Part shown: piece by piece, positions 10,800 through 24,900 of the stretch | How positions within the stretch are numbered: position 1 is the first letter of the stretch | How the letters are laid out: each line of letters opens with the position of its first letter | DNA from: Eledone cirrhosa | Taxonomy: Eukaryota | Direction of reading: 5' to 3' | Assembly: GCA_964016885.1 (NCBI GenBank) | Contig: OZ024764.1 | Span: forward strand, 806,001-870,000 | DNA: 64,000 nt | Notes under the pieces: model-generated | The model's input: only the letters and a program-made list of their open reading frames with translations | Told to the model about the DNA's origin: nothing | Database searches by the model: none | Program-made: the position numbers and the translations under genes

Positions 10800-13700
10800 A
10801 GGATACATTAGATAATGTAGTCCTAGGTGCACTGTGTCTGTATATAAGACAAGACACATTAGATAGTGTAGTCCTAGATACACTGTGTCTGTATATAAGA
10901 CAGGACACATTAGATAATGTAGTCCTAGGTACACTGTGTCTGTATATAAGACAGGACACATTAGATAGTGTAGTCCTAGATACACTGTGTCTGTATATAA
11001 GACAGGACACATTAGATAGTGTAGTCCTAGATACACTGTGTCTGTATATAAGACAGGACACATTAGATAATGTAGTCCTAGGTACACTGTGTCTGTATAT
11101 AAGACAGGACACATTAGATAATGTAGTCCTAGGTACACTGTGTCTGTATATAAGACAGGACACATTAGATAGTGTAGTCCTAGGTACACTGTGTCTGTAT
11201 ATAAGACAGGACACATTAGATAATGTAGTCCTAGATACACTGTGTCTGTATATAAGACAGGACACATTAGATAATGTAGTCCTAGATACACTGTGTCTGT
11301 ATATAAGACAGGACACATTAGATAATGTAGTCCTAGATACACTGTCTGTATATAAGACAGGACACATTAGATAATGTAGTCCTAGGTACACTGTGTCTGT
11401 ATATAAGACAGGACACATTAGATAGTGTAGTCCTAGATACACTGTGTCTGTATATAAGACAGGACACATTAGATAATGTAGTCCTAGATACACTGTGTCT
11501 GTATATAAGACAGGACACATTAGATAGTGTAGTCCTAGATAGACTGTGTCTGTATATAAGACAGGACACATTAGATAGTGTAGTCCTAGATAGACTGTGT
11601 CTGTATATAAGACAGGACACATTAGATAATGTAGTCCTAGATACACTGTGTCTGTATATAAGACAGGACACATTAGATAATGTAGTCCTAGGTACACTGT
11701 GTCTGTATATAAGACAGGACACATTAGATAATGTAGTCCTAGGTACACTGTGTCTGTATATAAGACAGGACACATTAGATAGTGTAGTCCTAGGTACACT
11801 GTGTCTGTATATAAGACAGGACACATTAGATAATGTAGTCCTAGATACACTGTGTCTGTATATAAGACAGGACACATTAGATAATGTAGTCCTAGATACA
11901 CTGTGTCTGTATATAAGACAGGACACATTAGATAATGTAGTCCTAGGTACACTGTGTCTGTATATAAGACAGGACACATTAGATAATGTAGTCCTAGGTA
12001 CACTGTGTCTGTATATAAGACAGGACACATTAGATAGTGTAGTCCTAGATACACTGTGTCTGTATATAAGACAGGACACATTAGATAATGTAGTCCTAGA
12101 TACACTGTGTCTGTATATAAGACAGGACACATTAGATAGTGTAGTCCTAGATACACTGTGTCTGTATATAAGACCGGACACATTAGATAGTGTAGTCCTA
12201 GATACACTGTGTCTGTATATAAGACAGGACACATTAGATAATGTAGTCCTAGGTACACTGTGTCTGTATATAAGACAGGACACATTAGATAGTGTAGTCC
12301 TAGATACACTGTGTCTGTATATAAGACAGGACACATTAGATAATGTAGTTCTAGATAGACTGTGTCTGTATATAAGACAGGACACATTAGATAATGTAGT
12401 CCTAGGTACACTGTGTCTGTATATAATATAGGACACATTAGATAGTGTAGTCCTAGATAGACTGTGTCTGTATATAAGACAGGACACATTAGATAATGTA
12501 GTCCTAGATACACTATGTCTGTATATAAGACAGGACACATTAGATAATGTAGTCCTAGATACACTGTGTCTGTATATAAGACAAGACACATTAGATAATG
12601 TAGTCCTAGATAGACTGTGTCTGTATATAAGACAGGACACATTAGATAATGTAGTCCTAGATAGACTGTGTCTGTATATAAGACAGGACACATTAGATAA
12701 TGTAGTCCTAGGTACACTGTGTCTGTATATAAGACAAGACACATTAGATAATGTAGTCCTAGATAGACTGTGTCTGTATATAAGACAGGACACATTAGAT
12801 AATGTAGTCCTAAGTAGACTGTGTCTGTATATAAGATAGGACACATTGGATAATGTAGTCCTAGATAGACTGTCTGTATATAAGACAGGACACATTAGAT
12901 AATGTAGTCCTAGATACACTGTGTCTGTATATAAGACAGGACACATTAGATAATGTAGTCCTAGATACACTGTCTGTATATAAGACAGGACACATTAGAT
13001 AGTGTAGTCCTAGGTACACTGTGTCTGTATATAAGACAGGACACATTAGATAATGTAGTCCTAGATACACTGTGTCTGTATATAAGACAGGACACATTAG
13101 ATAATGTAGTCCTAGGTACACTGTCTGTATATAAGACAGGACACATTAGATAGTGTAGTCCTAGGTACACTGTGTCTGTATATAAGACAGGACACATTAG
13201 ATAATGTAGTCCTAGATACACTGTGTCTGTATATAAGACAGGACACATTAGATAATTGTTTCTACTTTAGGCACAAGGCCAGCAATTACCCAGTGCATTA
13301 CTGGTACTTTATTTTATCGACCCCGTAAGGATGAAAGGCAAAGTCAACCTCGGCGGGATTTGAACTCAGATCGTAAAGGGGCGTAACTATGCTGGAAAGC
13401 ATGGCGTCCGACCCTCTACTGATACTGCCAATAATGTAGTCCTAGATACACTGTGTCTGTATATAAGACAGGACACATTAGATAATGTAGTCCTAGATAC
13501 ACTGTGTCTGTATATAAGACAGGACACATTAGATAATGTAGTCCTAGATACACTGTGTCTGTATATAAGACAGGACACATTAGATAATGTAGTCCTAGGT
13601 AGACTGTGTCTGTATATAAGACAGGACACATTAGATAATGTAGTCCTAGGTAGACTGTGTCTGTATATAAGACAGGACACATTAAATAATGTAGTCCTAG

Positions 13701-13983
13701 ATAGACTGTGTCTGTATATAAGACAGGACACATTAGATAATGTAGTCCTAGGTACACTGTGTCTGTATATAAGACAGGACACATTAGATAATGTAGTCCT
13801 AGATACACTGTGTCTGTATATAAGACAGGACACATTAGATAATGTAGTCCTAGGTACACTGTGTCTGTATATAAGACAGGACACATTAGATAATGTAGTC
13901 CTAGGTACACTGTGTCTGTATATAAGACAGGACACATTAGATAATGTAGTCCTAGGTACACTGTGTCTGTATATAAGACAGGA
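10800..13983. repeat. 51-bp minisatellite interrupted by a SINE B (13253-13431)
   Basis: Unit gtagtcctagatacactgtgtctgtatataagacaggacacattagataat. Confidence 0.95.
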
Positions 13984-14359
13984 TGGTCACACCTGGAACA
14001 TCTTTGATCATAGTTCTACTGGATCAGGACTGACCTGGGGTTAAACAACACTGAAATTCTCTAGTTAATCAGTTTGTTGTGTTAAACCAGCCATGTCTGG
14101 CTGCTCATACTGATGTTAAGGTATTGTTCTCAAAATAAATAATACCAAAATCTCATAGATTCCATATTATGTGAGGTAAAGCCATTACTATCAAAATACA
14201 ATAGCATCATCATCATCATCATTTGATGTCCATTTTCCATGCTAGCATGGGTAGGACGGGTTGACCCTTAGGGAGAGAAGCAGGTCAGAGGACCATGTTT
14301 TACTCACCCGGGGATGATTTGGGTTTTGTTTCTACAGCTGGATACCCTTCCTAATGCCA

Positions 14360-14893
14360 ACCACATTACAGTGTGGACTGGGTACTATTTGTTATGACAC
14401 CTACATGACCACTTTACAGTGTGGACTGGGTACTTTTTGTTGTGACACCTACATGACCACTTTACAGTGTGGACTGGGTACTATTTGTTGTGACACCTAC
14501 ATGACCACTTTACAGTGTGGACTGGGTGCTGTTTGTTGTGACACCTACATGACCACTTTACAGTGTGGACTGGGTGCTTTTTGTTGTGAGACCTACATGA
14601 CCACTTTACAGTGTGGACTGGGTACTATTTGTTGTGACACCTACATGACCACTTTACAGTGTGGACTGGGTGCTTTTTGTTGTGACACCTACATGACCAC
14701 TTTACAGTGTGGACTGGGTGCTTTTTGTTGTGACACCTACATGACCACTCTACAGTGTGGACTGGGTACTATTTGTTGTGACACCTACATGACCACTTTA
14801 CAGTGTGGACTGGGTACTTTTTGTTGTGAGACCTACATGACCACTTTACAGTGTGGACTGGGTACTTTTTGTTGTGACACCTACATGACCACT
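14360..14893. repeat. 48-bp minisatellite (about 11 copies) in an RTE-type 3' UTR; reverse-strand copy at 36005-36310
   Basis: Unit actttacagtgtggactgggtactttttgttgtgacacctacatgacc. Confidence 0.9.
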
Positions 14894-15302
14894 ATATATA
14901 GAGTTATATAAATGCTAAAGGGTTAAGGTTTGTGTTAGTATATAGTATGTGTGATGGTGGTGATGGTGGTTACAGCAAGCTTTGTAGCAAATAGGGGGGG
15001 AGGAGAGGTATTTAGGGATTTAGATGGAGTTTTAGGTGGGTTTTCAGGTGAAAATAGCCAGAAGAAATAAAAAAAAAAATCATTAATTAATAAAAACATC
15101 TTGTAATAATTATTTCTACTTTTGGCACAAGGCCAGCAATTATCCCAGTGTATTACTGGTACTTTATTTATCGACCCTATAAGGATGAAAGGCAAAGTTA
15201 ACCTTGGCGGGAATTGAACTCAGACCGTAAAGGGCCGTAACTCTTTGCTGCAAAGCATGGCGTCCGACCCTCTACCAGTACTGCCAATCCACCGTAATAA
15301 TG

Positions 15303-16300
15303 GTTTCTAATTTAGACACAAAACCAACAATTTTAAGGGTTAAGGGTTCAGGGGGAATCTTTTATATTGACCCCATTTCTGATTTAGACACAAAGCGAGC
15401 AATTTTAAGGGTTCAGGAAGAATCTATTATATTGCCTCCATTTCTAATTTAGACACAAAACCAACCATTTTAAGGGTTAAGGGTTCAGGGGGAATCTTTT
15501 ATATCGACCCCATTTCTGATTTAGACACAAAGCCAGCAATTTAAGGGTTCAGGAAGAATCTATTATATTGCCTCCATTTCTAATTTAGACACAAAACCAA
15601 CCATTTTAAGGGTTAAGGGTTCAGGGGGAATCTTTTATATCGACCCCATTTCTGATTTAGACACAAAGCCAGCAATTTTAAGGGTTCAGGAAGAATCTAT
15701 TATATTGCCTCCATTTCTAATTTAGACACAAAACCAACCATTTTAAGGGTTAAGGGTTCAGGGGGAATCTTTTATATCGACCCCATTTCTGATTTAGACA
15801 CAAAGCCAGCAATTTTAAGGGTTCAGGAAGAATCTATTATATTGCCTCCATTTCTAATTTAGACACAAAACCAACCATTTTAAGGGTTAAGGGTTCAGGG
15901 GGAATCTTTTATATCGACCCCATTTCTGATTTAGACACAAAGCCAGCAATTTTAAGGGTTCAGGAAGAATCTATTATATTGCCTCCATTTCTAATTTAGA
16001 CACAAAACCAACCATTTTAAGGGTTAAGGGTTCAGGGGGAATCTTTTATATCGACCCCATTTCTGATTTAGACACAAAGCCAGCAATTTTAAGGGTTCAG
16101 GAAGAATCTATTATATTGCCTCCATTTCTAATTTAGACACAAAACCAACCATTTTAAGGGTTAAGGGTTCAGGGGGAATCTTTTATATCGACCCCATTTC
16201 TGATTTAGACACAAAGCCAGCAATTTTAAGGGTTCAGGAAGAATCTATTATATTGCCTCCATTTCTAATTTAGGCACAAGGCCAGCAATTTTAAGGGTCA
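15303..16300. repeat. 137-bp two-subunit tandem repeat (about 7 copies) derived from a SINE tail
   Basis: Alternating subunits, each beginning tttct(a/g)atttagacacaaa. Confidence 0.9.
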
Positions 16301-16555
16301 AGGCTTGAGTCAGGTGTGCTGTGTCCAGGGTGAACACACACTGTCCATCAACTAGCTTGGACCGAAGAATCTCCCTATATCTCTTTACCAACCCTTACCT
16401 GGGGTCATAAATCTTGGGTAATGACCGAAAGAATACGATTGTGAATACAAATGGCAGAAATAGGGTTCTGCTAAAGGGTCTTTGGAGTAATGTTATTTTA
16501 TAGAGTGAGAAGCTTGGAGATAAGAGAGTGACTCCAGGTAGAGCTGCTACTTCTC

Positions 16556-17303
<748 letters not shown>

Positions 17304-17307
17304 CTAC

Positions 17308-17433
17308 CATGTAAGCTGTCCATTGGTATGTGTGGCACCAAGTCCATTTAGAGTAAGAGACAATGTAGAGAGGTAGCAAACGAAGTAATGACTGAATCTG
17401 AATGACATGGCGTCTCGGAAGGCGGTTAACCAT
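17308..17433 (-). CDS. PORCN: Porcupine exon (K-WLTAFRDAMSFRFSHYFVCYLS...GQLT-W)
   Basis: ttccag acceptor and gtagct donor, 126 nt, phase 2 to 2. Matches PORCN KWLRAYESAVSFHFSNYFV. Confidence 0.92.
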
Positions 17434-17449
17434 CTGGAAATAGAACAGA

Positions 17450-20420
17450 AATATATATACTGTAGTTTCAGTGAGAAAATATATACACTGTAGTTTCAGT
17501 GAGAAAATATATACACTGTAGTTTCAGTGAGAAATATATATATACTATAGTTTCAGTGAGAAAATATATACACTGTAGTTTCAGTGAGAAAATATATACA
17601 CTGTAGTTTCAGTGAGAAAATATATACACTGTAGTTTCAGTGAGAAAATATATATACTGTAGTTTCAGTGAGAAAATATATATACTGTAGTTTCAGTGAG
17701 AAAATATATATACTGTAGTTTCAGTGAGAAAATATATATACTATAGTTTCAGTGAGAAAATATATACACTGTAGTTTCAGTGAGAAAATATATACACTGT
17801 AGTTTCAGTGAGAAAATATATACACTGTAGTTTCAGTGAGAAAATATATATACTGTAGTTTCAGTGAGAAAATATATATACTGTAGTTTCAGTGAGAAAA
17901 TATATATACTGTAGTTTCATTGAGAAAATATATATACTGTAGTTTCAGTGAGAAAATATATATACTGTAGTTTCAGTGAGAAAATATATATACTGTAGTT
18001 TCAGTGAGAAAATATATATACTGTAGTTTCAGTGAGAAAATATATATACTGTAGTTTCAGTGAGAAAATATATATACTGTAGTTTCAGTGAGAAAATATA
18101 TATACTGTAGTTTCAGTGAGAAATATATACACTGTAGTTTCAGTGAGAAAATATATATACTGTAGTTTCAGTGAGAAAATATATATACTGTAGTTTCATT
18201 GAGAAAATATATATACTGTAGTTTCAGTGAGAAAATATATATACTGTAGTTTCAGTGAGAAAATATATATACTGTAGTTTCATTGAGAAAATATATATAC
18301 TGTAGTTTCAGTGAGAAAATATATATACTATAGTTTCATTGAGAAAATATATACACTGTAGTTTCAGTGAGAAAATATATATACTGTAGTTTCAGTGAGA
18401 AAATATATACACTGTAGTTTCAGTGAGAAAATATATATACTGTAGTTTCATTGAGAAAATATATATACTGTAGTTTCAGTGAGAAAATATATACACTGTA
18501 GTTTCAGTGAGAAAATATATATACTGTAGTTTCAGTGAGAAAATATATATACTGTAGTTTCATTGAGAAAATATATACACTGTAGTTTCAGTGAGAAAAT
18601 ATATATACTGTAGTTTCATTGAGAAAATATATACACTGTAGTTTCATTGAGAAAATATATATACTGTAGTTTCATTGAGAAAATATATACACTGTAGTTT
18701 CAGTGAGAAAATATATATACTGTAGTTTCAGTGAGAAAATATATACACTGTAGTTTCAGTGAGAAAATATATATACTGTAGTTTCAGTGAGAAAATATAT
18801 ACACTGTAGTTTCAGTGAGAAAATATATATACTGTAGTTTCAGTGAGAAAATATATATACTGTAGTTTCATTGAGAAAATATATACACTGTAGTTTCAGT
18901 GAGAAAATATATATACTGTAGTTTCAGTGAGAAAATATATATACTGTAGTTTCAGTGAGAAAATATATATACTGTAGTTTCAGTGAGAAAATATATATAC
19001 TATAGTTTCAGTGAGAAAATATATACACTGTAGTTTCAGTGAGAAAATATATACACTGTAGTTTCAGTGAGAAAATATATATACTGTAGTTTCAGTGAGA
19101 AAATATATATACTGTAGTTTCATTGAGAAAATATATACACTGTAGTTTCAGTGAGAAAATATATATACTGTAGTTTCAGTGAGAAAATATATATACTGTA
19201 GTTTCAGTGAGAAAATATATATACTATAGTTTCAGTGAGAAAATATATACACTGTAGTTTCAGTGAGAAAATATATACACTGTAGTTTCAGTGAGAAAAT
19301 ATATACTACTGTAGTTTCAGTGAGAAAATATATATACTGTAGTTTCAGTGAGAAAATATATATACTGTAGTTTCAGTGAGAAAATATATATACTGTAGTT
19401 TCATTGAGAAAATATATATACTGTAGTTTCAGTGAGAAAATATATATACTGTAGTTTCAGTGAGAAAATATATATACTGTAGTTTCAGTGAGAAAATATA
19501 TATACTGTAGTTTCAGTGAGAAAATATATATACTGTAGTTTCAGTGAGAAAATATATATACTGTAGTTTCAGTGAGAAAATATATATACTGTAGTTTCAG
19601 TGAGAAATATATACACTGTAGTTTCAGTGAGAAAATATATATACTGTAGTTTCAGTGAGAAAATATATATACTGTAGTTTCATTGAGAAAATATATATAC
19701 TGTAGTTTCAGTGAGAAATATATACACTGTAGTTTCAGTGAGAAATATATATACTGTAGTTTCAGTGAGAAAATATATATACTGTAGTTTCATTGAGAAA
19801 ATATATATACTGTAGTTTCAGTGAGAAAATATATATACTGTAGTTTCAGTGAGAAAATATATATACTGTAGTTTCAGTGAGAAAATATATATACTGTAGT
19901 TTCAGTGAGAAATATATACACTGTAGTTTCAGTGAGAAAATATATATACTGTAGTTTCAGTGAGAAATATATACACTGTAGTTTCATTGAGAAAATATAT
20001 ATACTGTAGTTTCATTGAGAAAATATATACACTGTAGTTTCAGTGAGAAAATATATACACTGTAGTTTCATTGAGAAAATATATATACTGTAGTTTCAGT
20101 GAGAAATATATATACTGTAGTTTCAGTGAGAAAATATATACACTGTAGTTTCAGTGAGAAATATATACACTGTAGTTTCATTGAGAAAATATATATACTG
20201 TAGTTTCAGTGAGAAAATATATATACTATAGTTTCATTGAGAAAATATATACACTGTAGTTTCATTGAGAAAATATATATACTGTAGTTTCAGTGAGAAA
20301 ATATATACACTGTAGTTTCAGTGAGAAAATATATATACTGTAGTTTCAGTGAGAAAATATATACACTGTAGTTTCAGTGAGAAAATATATATACTGTAGT
20401 TTCAGTGAGAAAATATATAT
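17450..20420. repeat. 28-bp minisatellite, about 105 copies
   Basis: Unit ctgtagtttcagtgagaaaatatatata. Confidence 0.97.
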
Positions 20421-20429
20421 AAAGTATGA

Positions 20430-20971
20430 TGGAAGTTCCAATCTTTTATATTATATGTAGATGTAGATATAGATAATTAATATAAAAGATGATGCTCAGC
20501 CAGTTCGTCTTCAACCATCGCAGCATGCCGTCGCTGATTGGCTCCAGTGTTTCGTTGGCGTTGTTCAGCCAGCTCCTCTTCATTCATGGCAGCACGTCTT
20601 CTCCTCTCAAGTTCAGCGTTCCGATGGCGCTGTTCGGCCCGTTTTTCTTCATTCCTGGCTGCACGCCGTCGCCGCTGTACTTCACTGTTTGATAAAGTCG
20701 AATTGCTCTTACTTTCTGTGGAACGCTGCACGCACGCACACACACATAAACATATGTGCACGTACATACACGCGTACACATGGTAATAGTTACAGCGTTC
20801 ACTTTGCCTCTCTGTTTCTTACTCTCCCCTCTCACTCCCTCATTGGCATTATGCATATTAATTTAAGTTTGGCGTCGTTGAGGTGGGCAGAGTCGTTTGA
20901 AACCTATGAACCAATGATAATCGAGAATTGACACACGGAATACTGACATTGTTGAAATTAATATATAGATT
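20430..20971 (-). mobile_element. Helitron-like fragment with R/E/A-rich helical repeats
   Basis: QRRRRAARNEEKRAEQR...RRRRAAMNEEELAEQR, resembling STPR-type repeats. Flanks end in TATATAGAT-like motifs. Confidence 0.4.
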
Positions 20972-20995
20972 ACTATATACATATATATATATGTA

Positions 20996-21063
<68 letters not shown>

Positions 21064-21102
21064 TACACACACACAGACATAAACAGTGCTACCACTACTT
21101 AC

Positions 21103-21209
21103 TTCCAGTGATGGTCCTGTATAATTGAGGTCACAGCACATGTTGATATCACCAGACATATTAGGGCTGAGACAATACTCTTCAATAACTTGAATAACCA
21201 CGCTAAGTT
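21103..21209 (-). CDS. PORCN: Porcupine exon (NLAWLFKLLKSIVSALICLVISTCAVTSIIQDHHW-K)
   Basis: tctttctatttacag acceptor and gtaagt donor, 107 nt, phase 0 to 2. CLVISTC matches PORCN CLVLSTC. Confidence 0.9.
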
Positions 21210-21250
21210 CTGTAAATAGAAAGATTATAAAGAGGATTCCATATATATAT

Positions 21251-21457
21251 ATTAGGAAATAGAATAGCTTTCACTGTATTTTTGACTAAAGAAATTTTAG
21301 CCTGATAATGGGGTTTAGAACCCTCAGATAAATGGAAAAAGATGAGTATTGACGTCAATACTCATCTTTTTCCATTTTATCTGAGGGTTCTAAACCCCAT
21401 TATCAGGCTAACATTTCTTTAGTCAAAAATACGGTGAAAGCTATTCTATTTTCTAAT
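21251..21457. repeat. Near-perfect palindrome of about 207 bp centred on GACGTC (21351-21356)
   Basis: Arms pair with few mismatches and there is no spacer. Confidence 0.9.
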
Positions 21458-21508
21458 GTCAAACCTGCTCACTGTTTCAAAACATACTTATATATATATA
21501 TATATATA

Positions 21509-21853
21509 TCATCATCATTTCATCATTTCATTTTACGTCCGCTTTTCCCCTGCTTGCAAGGGTGGGACGGGAACTGATTCTGGCTTGATTTCTACAGCTG
21601 GATGCCCTTCCTAACACCAACCTCATTTACAGTGAGTGCTGGGTGCTTTTTTTGCCGTGGCACCTCCACGACGACTTTGCAGTGGAATGATATGGACCCC
21701 AGTCCCTATCATCTCATTTCTACAGCTGAGTAAACTGGAGCAATGTGAAATAAAGTGTCTTGCTCAAGGAAACAACACATCACCCGGTCTGAGAATTGAA
21801 CTCACAACCTTTCGATTGCAAGGCCAATGCTCTAACCACTAAGCCATGTGCCT

Positions 21854-21855
<2 letters not shown>
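21509..21855 (-). mobile_element. SINE family A copy
   Basis: Reverse complement of the 10029 and 52168 copies. Confidence 0.85.
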
Positions 21856-21933
<78 letters not shown>

Positions 21934-24900
21934 ATCATCATCATCATCATCATCATCATCGTTTAACGTCCGTGTTCCACGCTTGCATGGGTTTGGACGG
22001 GGGTTTTCCCACTTGAGGCAAGAGTGATTGTCTTGCTCGCATAGGACTGTCTGGCAGGTTTTCTACAGTTGGATGCCCTTCCTAACACCAACCACATTTA
22101 CAGTGTGGGTCTGGGAGGTTTTTACCGTGTTGCCTACACGGCCACATTACAGCGTGGACTGTGTGTTTTTTTTGTCGTGACACCTACACGATCTCATTTG
22201 TTTCAGTCTGGATGGTGTGGCACCAACATAACTTTACATAGAAGGGGGGGCGGTGTGGATGGGGTGGGGGTGGTGGGACGGGGGTGTATTTTGTTAGAGA
22301 TGCCTACTGACTGTAGTAGGTTTTACTTTGTATTTAGGTAAGGCGGGTCTTCTCTATTACTGAGTACCGCCAAAGGTCTCGGTCCAGTGACATTGTCTTG
22401 GTAAGGTGTAAGTGTGTGAGGTCAGAGTTTATCAGTTCGTCCCAGGTTTTTCTGGGTCTGCCTATTCCGTGGCTACCGTCTATCTTTATTGCCCTGCACT
22501 TTGTTATACAGCTATCGTCCTTCATGCGCATCACGTGACCATACCAACGTAGCCTTCTCTCGAGCAAACAACATCTGATCCCTCTTATTTCTAATTTTTT
22601 CCTTAGTTCGTTTATGCTTTGTCGTTCACGTATATTACTATTACACATCCAGCAGAGCATGCAAGCTTCGTTTCTCTCTAGTCTGCGTATATCCTCTGCA
22701 CACAATGCCCAGGTCTCACTGCCATGCAACATTGCTGTTCGTATGCAGGCATCGTACAACCTGCCTTTCATTTTTAGGGAGAACCCTTTAGCGGCTAATA
22801 GTGGTATAAGCTCTCTGAACTTTTTCCACCCAGTTCTGACTCTAGCTACTGTACTTTCAGAGCACCCTCCCCCACTGCTGATTTTGTCACCCAGGTAACG
22901 GAAGCTGTCCACTATTTCTATAGAACCCTCTGCGCAGTTGAAAGAGCTAGTATTTTGTGGGCACTTGCTGCTACTTATTGCCCCAGAACACCGGCCACAT
23001 GTAAAATCTATGTTCTTAGTTAGCTTTCCTGTGATCCCACTACATCTTTTATGCACCCATACTTTGCATTTGGGACATAAAATGGAGTTTCTACCTACGC
23101 CTTTCCTACACACTGAGCATGGCCATTTCCCGGAAGGGACCGCCGCCTTATTTTCTTTCTTACAAACTAGAACTTTAGTCTTAGCCAGGTTAATTTTAAG
23201 GCCTTTTGATTCTAGCCCGTGCTTCCATGTTTGGAATTTCTTCTCTAGCTCGGCCATTGACTCAGCTATGAGCGTTAGATCATCTGCGTATAGGAGTTCC
23301 CATGGGCAGCCGGTCTTGAACTCCACTGTTATAGCCTGGAGGGCAATAATAAATAGTAGGGGGCTAAGAACAGAGCCCTGATGAACACCAACTTTTACAC
23401 TAAACTCTTCACTATATTCGTTGTTAATTCTAACCTTGCTGACTGTTTCTTTATACATGGCTTGTATAGCTCTCACAAGCCATTCATCGACACCTAGTTT
23501 TCTAAGAGCCCACCAGATAATGGAACGGGGGACTCTGTCGAAGGCCTTCTCCAAGTCGACGAAAGCTAAGTATAGGGGTTTACTTTTAGCTAGGTACTTC
23601 TCCTGTAGTTGTCGTACAATGAAAAGAGCGTCTGTGATACTTTTTCCTGACACAAACCCAAACTGCATTTCATCTAGATCAATTCGCTCTCTGATTAGTT
23701 GCGCTATTACTTTTTCCGTGACCTTCATGACCTGGTCGATTAATTTAATGCCTCTATAGTTACTCCTATCTAGGGCATCTCCTTTACCCTTATAACAGTT
23801 AACGATAATGCTGCTACGCCAGTCCTTCGGAACAACCCCATTCTGTATGACTTGGTTGACTATCCGGGTGACCATGGTGTGTCCCACCGTACCAGATGCC
23901 TTCAGCATCTCGGCAACTATTTCCGAAGGCCCAGCCGCCTTGCCTGTCTGCATATCTTTGATTGCCTTACTTATTATACTACCCTCGACTAACACTGCTG
24001 GTCCCTCTATTGGGTCGATGTGGGGGAGACTGTCTTTCTCCCATTTATTCTCCTCATTGAGTAGTCTTTTATAGTGACACTTCCAAGCTACCTTCTTATT
24101 GGCGTCGGTGATGGCAAGTACGCCGTCATCGTTAAGTACACACTTCTCCCCGACAATATCACTGTTTTCCTTGACACATTGCCTAGCAATCCTGAACACC
24201 TCACGTTGTAGAACATGCTTGAACTTTCTTTCCTCTGCTTCCCTTCTTGCGAAGTACACTTGTCTCCTAGATTCCCTCCTGGCCACTTGATAGTCTTCTC
24301 TGCTTCCCCCATCCCGCCATACTTTCCAAGCCTGCTTTTTGGCCTTAATTGACCCCTCCACCTTACTGTTCCACCACCATGTTACTCTCCTCCTGCCTAC
24401 AGGCCTGCTCCAGCCACAGACTTCGTCTGTCGCCGTCAGCAGGTTTGCTTTCAGGAATTCCCACTGTTCCTCTACCTTGTACGACTCTATTTGCTCTTCC
24501 TTACTGTCGAAAGCATCAAGTAATATGCTTTGGAATTTATTTTTGGCTGTGGGGTCCTTTAGCTTCCATATTTTTCTCCTGAGGGTAGTCCTCTTCTGTT
24601 GCCTAGTACGTCTCGTCCTGACTATTAGGTCGCTAATTATCAGTCTATGTTGGGAGGTGCATTCTTCATGGGGGAGGGATTTAGTGTTTACAACAGTCAC
24701 TTTGTCACGTCTTCTGGTAAGGATATAATCTACCTAGCTGGTATGTTCCCCTGAACTGTAGGTGATCAAGTGATTGTCTCGTTTTTTGAAGTTAGTGTTG
24801 CAGATAGTTAGGTTATTTGCGTCACAGAATTCCAGGATTCTGGAGCCTTCCTCATTTCTAGTACCAAACCCATAGCCTCCATGGATTTCATCGTAGCCGT

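Noticed and set aside
17434-21102. Equivalents of the vertebrate PORCN alternative micro-exons in this intron
   Set aside because: I found none, and the flanking exons join in frame directly (AA|A = Lys).
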